From contig CAVSQB010000019.1 of assembly GCA_963729895.1 (NCBI GenBank), forward strand, positions 32,001 to 96,000: a DNA stretch of 64,000 nt, in the 5' to 3' direction. The notes under the pieces are model-generated. The model saw only the letters and a program-made list of their open reading frames with translations, did no database searches and was not told the DNA's origin. Of this stretch, positions 59,884-64,000 are shown in pieces; positions within the stretch are counted from its first letter, which is position 1, and the number at the start of each line of letters is the position of its first letter. The stretch comes from an uncultured Fibrobacterota bacterium (GTDB taxonomy: Bacteria > Fibrobacterota > Chitinivibrionia > Chitinivibrionales > FEN-1185). A program made the translations under genes and the position numbers.

Positions 59884-60681
59884 ATGGAAACCGTACTTTA
59901 CAAACAGGAAGAGGCCGCAGCCAATGCGCCTGTGGTGGAGATAGCCGACGTTTCGTTCTCGTTCGGCGAAGAAACCGTGCTCGCGGACGTTTCCCTCACC
60001 GTAAATGCCGGCGACTTCGTGGGGATCATAGGACCCAACGGCGGCGGTAAAACGACGTTGCTCCGCCTTGCCCTGGGCGTGCTGAAGCCCCACCGCGGCA
60101 GCGTTCTGCTGCTCGGCGGCGCCCCGGAAAAGACCCGCATTCGCGCCGGATACATTCCGCAGGAAACGTCCTCGAACAAATGGTTCCCCATATCCGTGAT
60201 CGACGTCACGCTGATGGGACTGCTTTCACGGCGCAGCATGTTCTCGCCCTACACCGCCGCCGACCGCGAAAAAGCGTCCGCCATTCTCGATGCGCTGAAA
60301 CTGTCGCATCTTGCAAACAGGAGCATCGGCGATCTTTCGGGAGGCCAGCGCCAGAAGGTGCTGCTCGCGCGGGCGCTCGTAGCGGAGCCCCGGATCCTGT
60401 TTCTCGACGAGCCCACCGCTTCCATCGACACCCGCGGCCAGGACGAGATCTACGAGCACCTCATGCGCATCAACAAGGCGGGGACCACGGTGGTGCTGGT
60501 GACGCACAATGTGGGCGCGGTATCGTCGTATATACGTTCGGTAGCGTGCGTCAACAGGCAGTTGTTTTACCATCCGGACGGCGTGCTCGACGACACGACC
60601 ATTGCCGCCGCGTTCGGCTGTCCGGTTGACATCATCGCGCACGGTCTGCCGCACCGGGTGTATCATGCGCACGAACACTAG
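59884..60681 (+). CDS. znuC: Zn/Mn ABC transporter ATP-binding protein
   Basis: GPNGGGKTT, LSGGQRQKV, LDEPT and a His-rich C-terminus. Confidence 0.88.
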   Translation: METVLYKQEEAAANAPVVEIADVSFSFGEETVLADVSLTVNAGDFVGIIGPNGGGKTTLLRLALGVLKPHRGSVLLLGGAPEKTRIRAGYIPQETSSNKWFPISVIDVTLMGLLSRRSMFSPYTAADREKASAILDALKLSHLANRSIGDLSGGQRQKVLLARALVAEPRILFLDEPTASIDTRGQDEIYEHLMRINKAGTTVVLVTHNVGAVSSYIRSVACVNRQLFYHPDGVLDDTTIAAAFGCPVDIIAHGLPHRVYHAHEH

Positions 60682-60783
60682 GAAAAAATTCACCGCAAAG
60701 GCGCAGAGAACGCAGAGAAAACAAGATGTAATTGGATGGCTGAGCCGGAAATATCGATTATCAAATCGATGATAAAATGCTCT

Positions 60784-60872
60784 TGGATAGCAGTGCCGGG
60801 TGACCCCATTTGCAAGAATCGAATTTCTAGATACAAGTCAAAAGTATCTGGATAGCTGTGCCGGGTGACCCC
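60784..60872 (+). repeat. Two 24-bp direct repeats TGGATAGC(A/T)GTGCCGGGTGACCCC with a 41-bp spacer
   Basis: Copies at 60784-60807 and 60849-60872; partial degenerate copy at 60733-60748. Confidence 0.75.
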
Positions 60873-61018
60873 GGAGGGGAATTAGCGGCTAGAACCATAG
60901 GAAACCCTCACCCCGCCCTCTCCCGAAGGGCGAGGGAGAAAATATTGAACGAAGATCGTATAGGCACCCTCGGAGAGGTTGGAAATTGACGGTGAAGAAT
61001 TGCATTTTCTTGATTTTC

Positions 61019-61156
61019 GCGTTAGGCCGGACCACAGGGTGCTCTGGAGAGCATTGCCGGTCGACCCTGCCGCAAGGCACAAGGGCGATCCGGCAACGAG
61101 GCGAATAGCCGAGCCCAAAGGGAGAGCCGACCCGAGCGCGGCGAGGGAAACGCCCA
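61019..61156 (+). repeat. Structured intergenic element, copy F
   Basis: GCGTTAGGCCGGACC...GGGAGAGCCGACCC...GGGAAACGCCCA. Confidence 0.85.
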
Positions 61157-61184
61157 CACATTTATTTTAAGATAAGGCCAACTA

Positions 61185-62033
61185 ATGTTTGACATACTCC
61201 ATTACGAATTCATGCGCAACGCCCTGCTTGCGGGCGTGCTGGTGAGCGTCGCGTGCGGCGTGGTGGGCAGCCTTGTGGTGGTGAACCGGCTTTCGTCGCT
61301 CTCCGGCGGCATCGCGCACGCGGCGTACGGCGGGCTCGGCCTTGCCGTGTTTTTCCGCTGGCCCCTGCTGGCCGGCGCCATGCTGTTTTCCCTTGCCGCG
61401 TCGTGGATCATGGGCTACGTGACCGCCGAAAAGAAGGAACGGGCCGACACCACCATCGGCGTGGTGTGGGCGCTGGGCATGGCGTTCGGCATCCTCATGA
61501 TCGATTTGACAAAGGGGTACTTTGTCGACCTCATGAGCTACCTGTTCGGCAGCATCCTTGCCGTGCCCGGCCAGAGCATTTTTTTCATGGCCGGGCTCGA
61601 CGCTGTCATCCTCGTCGCCACGCTGCTTCTCTACAAGGAGCTGGTGGCGCTCTCCTACGACGAGGAATTCGCGCTTATCAGCGGTGTCCCGGTGCGCGTG
61701 CTGTACTACCTGGTACTCATCCTCATCGCGCTGTGCGTGGTGGTCCTCATACGCGTGGTGGGACTCATTCTGGTTATCGCCCTGTTTACCATTCCCGCGT
61801 CCATCGCAGAGCTGTTTACTAGGAAGCTCAGCCGGATCATGCTGGTTTCGAGCCTGCTTGGCATGGCGTTCACCATTTCGGGACTGTTCCTCTCCTACTA
61901 TTTCAACCTGACCTCGGGCGCCACCATCATCCTCGTGGCGGGAGTGTGCTATTTTGCGGCCGTGCTCGTCAAAAGGCTGGCCAAAAAATCCGCCCGCCTT
62001 GCCGCCCCTTCCGCGCCGGACACGGAACCGTGA
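61185..62033 (+). CDS. znuB: Zn/Mn ABC transporter permease
   Basis: [28 protein letters not shown] and SYDEEFA. Confidence 0.9.
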   Translation: MFDILHYEFMRNALLAGVLVSVACGVVGSLVVVNRLSSLSGGIAHAAYGGLGLAVFFRWPLLAGAMLFSLAASWIMGYVTAEKKERADTTIGVVWALGMAFGILMIDLTKGYFVDLMSYLFGSILAVPGQSIFFMAGLDAVILVATLLLYKELVALSYDEEFALISGVPVRVLYYLVLILIALCVVVLIRVVGLILVIALFTIPASIAELFTRKLSRIMLVSSLLGMAFTISGLFLSYYFNLTSGATIILVAGVCYFAAVLVKRLAKKSARLAAPSAPDTEP

Positions 62034-62533
62034 AAGCGCGTCCCTCCGACAAACGCCGCTCCGGGGAGTCCTCTGCCGGGACGCTCGGCGGCTTGCTTGC
62101 GAAAAGAAAACTGTCGGTTTCGGTGGCGGAGTCGTGCACCGGCGGCATGATCGGCGCCGCGCTCACCTCCGTGCCGGGTTCGTCTGCATGGTTCAGGGGC
62201 GGCGTTATCGCCTACGCAAACACGGTGAAGCAGCGGCTGCTGGGCGTTCCGTCCTCCATTCTTGACAAAAAAGGAGCGGTGAGCGCGGAAACGGTGGAGG
62301 CCATGGCGCGCGGAGCGCAACGTCTGTTTGCAACGGATTGCGCCCTTGCCGTGTCGGGCGTGGCGGGACCGGGCGGAGGAACGAAGGAAAAACCGGTGGG
62401 GCTCGTGTATGTGGGATTGGCGTGCGGGAAGAAGGTGCGGAGCTTTGAATATCGCTTTCGGGGGGACCGGCGGGAGATCAGGGAGCGGGCGGTGCGGGAG
62501 GCAATTAAGATGATGATTGAGACAATGGGATAA
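62030..62533 (+). CDS. CinA C-terminal domain / NMN deamidase (PncC-like)
   Basis: [26 protein letters not shown] and [15 protein letters not shown]. Confidence 0.9.
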   Translation: MKARPSDKRRSGESSAGTLGGLLAKRKLSVSVAESCTGGMIGAALTSVPGSSAWFRGGVIAYANTVKQRLLGVPSSILDKKGAVSAETVEAMARGAQRLFATDCALAVSGVAGPGGGTKEKPVGLVYVGLACGKKVRSFEYRFRGDRREIRERAVREAIKMMIETMG

Positions 62534-62568
62534 AAACCTGGGCGCCCCGCAAACAATAGAAGTAATGC

Positions 62569-62724
62569 TGGGCGTTCCCTTTGCCTTCGTCAAGACGAAG
62601 GCAAAGGTCGGTTCTTCCTTCGGGCTCGGCCTAAGGGCCTCGGTGCCGCCTGCCCCTACCGCCTTCGGCGAGGGGTCAGGCGGTACTCCCGCTTTGGCGG
62701 GACCACTTCGGTCGCCCCTAACGC
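62569..62724 (-). repeat. Structured intergenic element, copy G
   Basis: Reverse complement GCGTTAGGGGCGACC...GAAGAACCGACC-hairpin-GGGAACGCCCA. Confidence 0.85.
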
Positions 62725-62788
62725 GGGGCAGAAGAGCGTCCCCGTAATTGTCAAAATCCACACCGCTGGTTCTGAATTCTCGCTTTTC

Positions 62789-63035
62789 GCGTTAGGCAGG
62801 ACTGGAGGCCGCGCTGGAGGGCGGTGCCGCCCGGACCCGGCCGCTGCTTGTCGAATGCCGCTCCCCTCGATACATCCCCGTGTCGACACATCCATAGAGT
62901 GGACTACTCGACGATCAGCGGGACACTCGGGGAGCGGTATATCGAGACACAGCGGCATAGGGCCGAGGCGGCCCGAGGCCTTGGCCGAGCCCGCAGGGAG
63001 AACCGACCCTTCTCTGCAGAGAAGGGGAACGCCCA
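62789..63035 (+). repeat. Structured intergenic element, copy H (long form with 117-bp nested insert)
   Basis: GCGTTAGGCAGGACTGGAG...GGGAGAACCGACCC-hairpin-GGGGAACGCCCA. Confidence 0.88.
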
Positions 63036-63056
63036 GACATTTACTTTTACGAACTT

Positions 63057-63836
63057 CTACATCCAGCCCAAAATCGAATACGCGATAATGCCGTAGTACT
63101 CGTGCAGGGCGTTGGCGGATTCGAACAATGCCTCCACGCTGGGGAAAAACGAAAACAGGTTCCACTGGAATGAAGCGTCTGCGCGAAAATCGGCCGCAGA
63201 GGGATACACAACGCATCCGCACTTTCTGAATATCCTGACGGACCGGTACATGTGCACGGCGCTTGTCACAAGAATAACCTCCCTCTTCATGCCCCGCGCC
63301 TGCAGGATTTTCTCCGTGTTCAGCGCATTGTCGTGCGTGTTTTCCGCTTTGTCTTCGATGATGATGCCGGACGAGTCCACGCCGCAGTCGTTGCGCAGGA
63401 TGCTCGCCATGCACCAGGCCTCTGAACCGGGGAAATTATAGACAAACGAGAGCTTGCCGCCCGTGCAGATGATGACGGGCGCCAGCCCCTGTTTGAACAG
63501 CCGGGCGGCGTGCAGAACCCTGTCGCCCGCGCAGCTCACCTCCACGCTGGTCCGTGGAGGCACGGCAGGCCTGGTGCACCCGCCGAGCAGCACGATGGCC
63601 GGGGCCTTCGGCAGGTTCACCGGCTTGTCAAATTTACTTTCGAGACTCCTCACCAGGACGAACGTGATTGCCGGGCAGGAAAAGAACCAGAGCACGGCGG
63701 CAGACGCAAATGCCAGCGCCACCGCGGCTTTCCTTTTGTTTTTGAGGGCGGCGATGCCGGCCGCGACACCGCACAAGCCTGCGAGGCCGACCGGATACAT
63801 GAGAAGCGGACCGATTTTGGAGAGAAGGGTGAGCAT
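63057..63836 (-). CDS. YdcF/ElyC (DUF218) family envelope protein
   Basis: IVLLGG, DRVLHAARL, IICTGG, ENTHDNA, LVTSAVHMYRS and ALHEY. Confidence 0.88.
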   Translation of the reverse strand: MLTLLSKIGPLLMYPVGLAGLCGVAAGIAALKNKRKAAVALAFASAAVLWFFSCPAITFVLVRSLESKFDKPVNLPKAPAIVLLGGCTRPAVPPRTSVEVSCAGDRVLHAARLFKQGLAPVIICTGGKLSFVYNFPGSEAWCMASILRNDCGVDSSGIIIEDKAENTHDNALNTEKILQARGMKREVILVTSAVHMYRSVRIFRKCGCVVYPSAADFRADASFQWNLFSFFPSVEALFESANALHEYYGIIAYSILGWM

Positions 63837-63838
63837 AC

Positions 63839-64000
63839 TCACGCAAACATGTTGCTGATCATTTCGTCGAACGTAGGGCCGACCATTTCCGGAATGAGAA
63901 CGTGTATGTCCTGATAGAGCGCCTTGATATTGCCGAGCTCAACGTTCGATTTGAGGTCGTGCACAAACCGTTCGATGCGGTGCGGATCGAAGTTCTGGTT
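63839..64000 (-). CDS. 3' end of a CDS entering from beyond the window (possibly the C-terminus of a CapD/PglF-like sugar dehydratase)
   Basis: Open frame NQNFDPHRIERFVHDLK...LIPEMVGPTFDEMISNMFA*; the product guess is weak. Confidence 0.45.
   Translation of the reverse strand, partial: NQNFDPHRIERFVHDLKSNVELGNIKALYQDIHVLIPEMVGPTFDEMISNMFA

Noticed and set aside
60733..60872. Mini CRISPR array
   Set aside because: Only two good 24-bp repeats plus one fragment, unequal periods (51 and 65 bp), no cas genes in the window.
55998..63035. Integron attC interpretation of the structured elements (GTTAGGC fits GTTRRRY)
   Set aside because: The GTT box is at the 5' end with no matching RYYYAAC arm in the same element, copies B and C lack GTT, orientations are mixed, neighbours are core genes and no integrase is seen.

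Overview
GC-rich bacterial chromosome window. Gene content, the giant TPR protein and the C-terminal sorting-like tails suggest Fibrobacterota (Chitinivibrionia/Chitinispirillum-like); this is inference only. Housekeeping genes include miaB, pgpA, recR, ybaB/ebfC, dnaX, SRP RNA, secD/secF, ispG, malic enzyme plus two-subunit fumarase, fur/zur-znuACB, a cinA C-domain and an ABC-F. Accessory content includes a 2598-aa TPR protein with a 273-aa super-repeat, a TPR/Ser-Thr kinase/FHA-GAF-sigma54 activator cluster, a GH2 glycosidase, an IS5 element, two glycosyltransferases and a disrupted secreted hydrolase gene. The most striking unexplained signal is a dispersed family of 8 intergenic structured elements (about 110-260 bp; GCGTTAGG ... 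CCGACC-hairpin-GGGAACGCCC). Their stems covary between copies, two copies carry a nested hairpin insert, and two copies bracket the GH2 gene outside a direct repeat. Also notable: an A10 slippage site in dnaX with nearby stops in both shifted frames, a hybrid kinase lacking its phospho-His, a GH2 lacking the canonical acid/base Glu, and an attenuator-like leader on a beta-CASP nuclease gene. No tRNA, rRNA or CRISPR array was seen. Start codons were chosen by eye and family calls come from motif recognition, not database searches.
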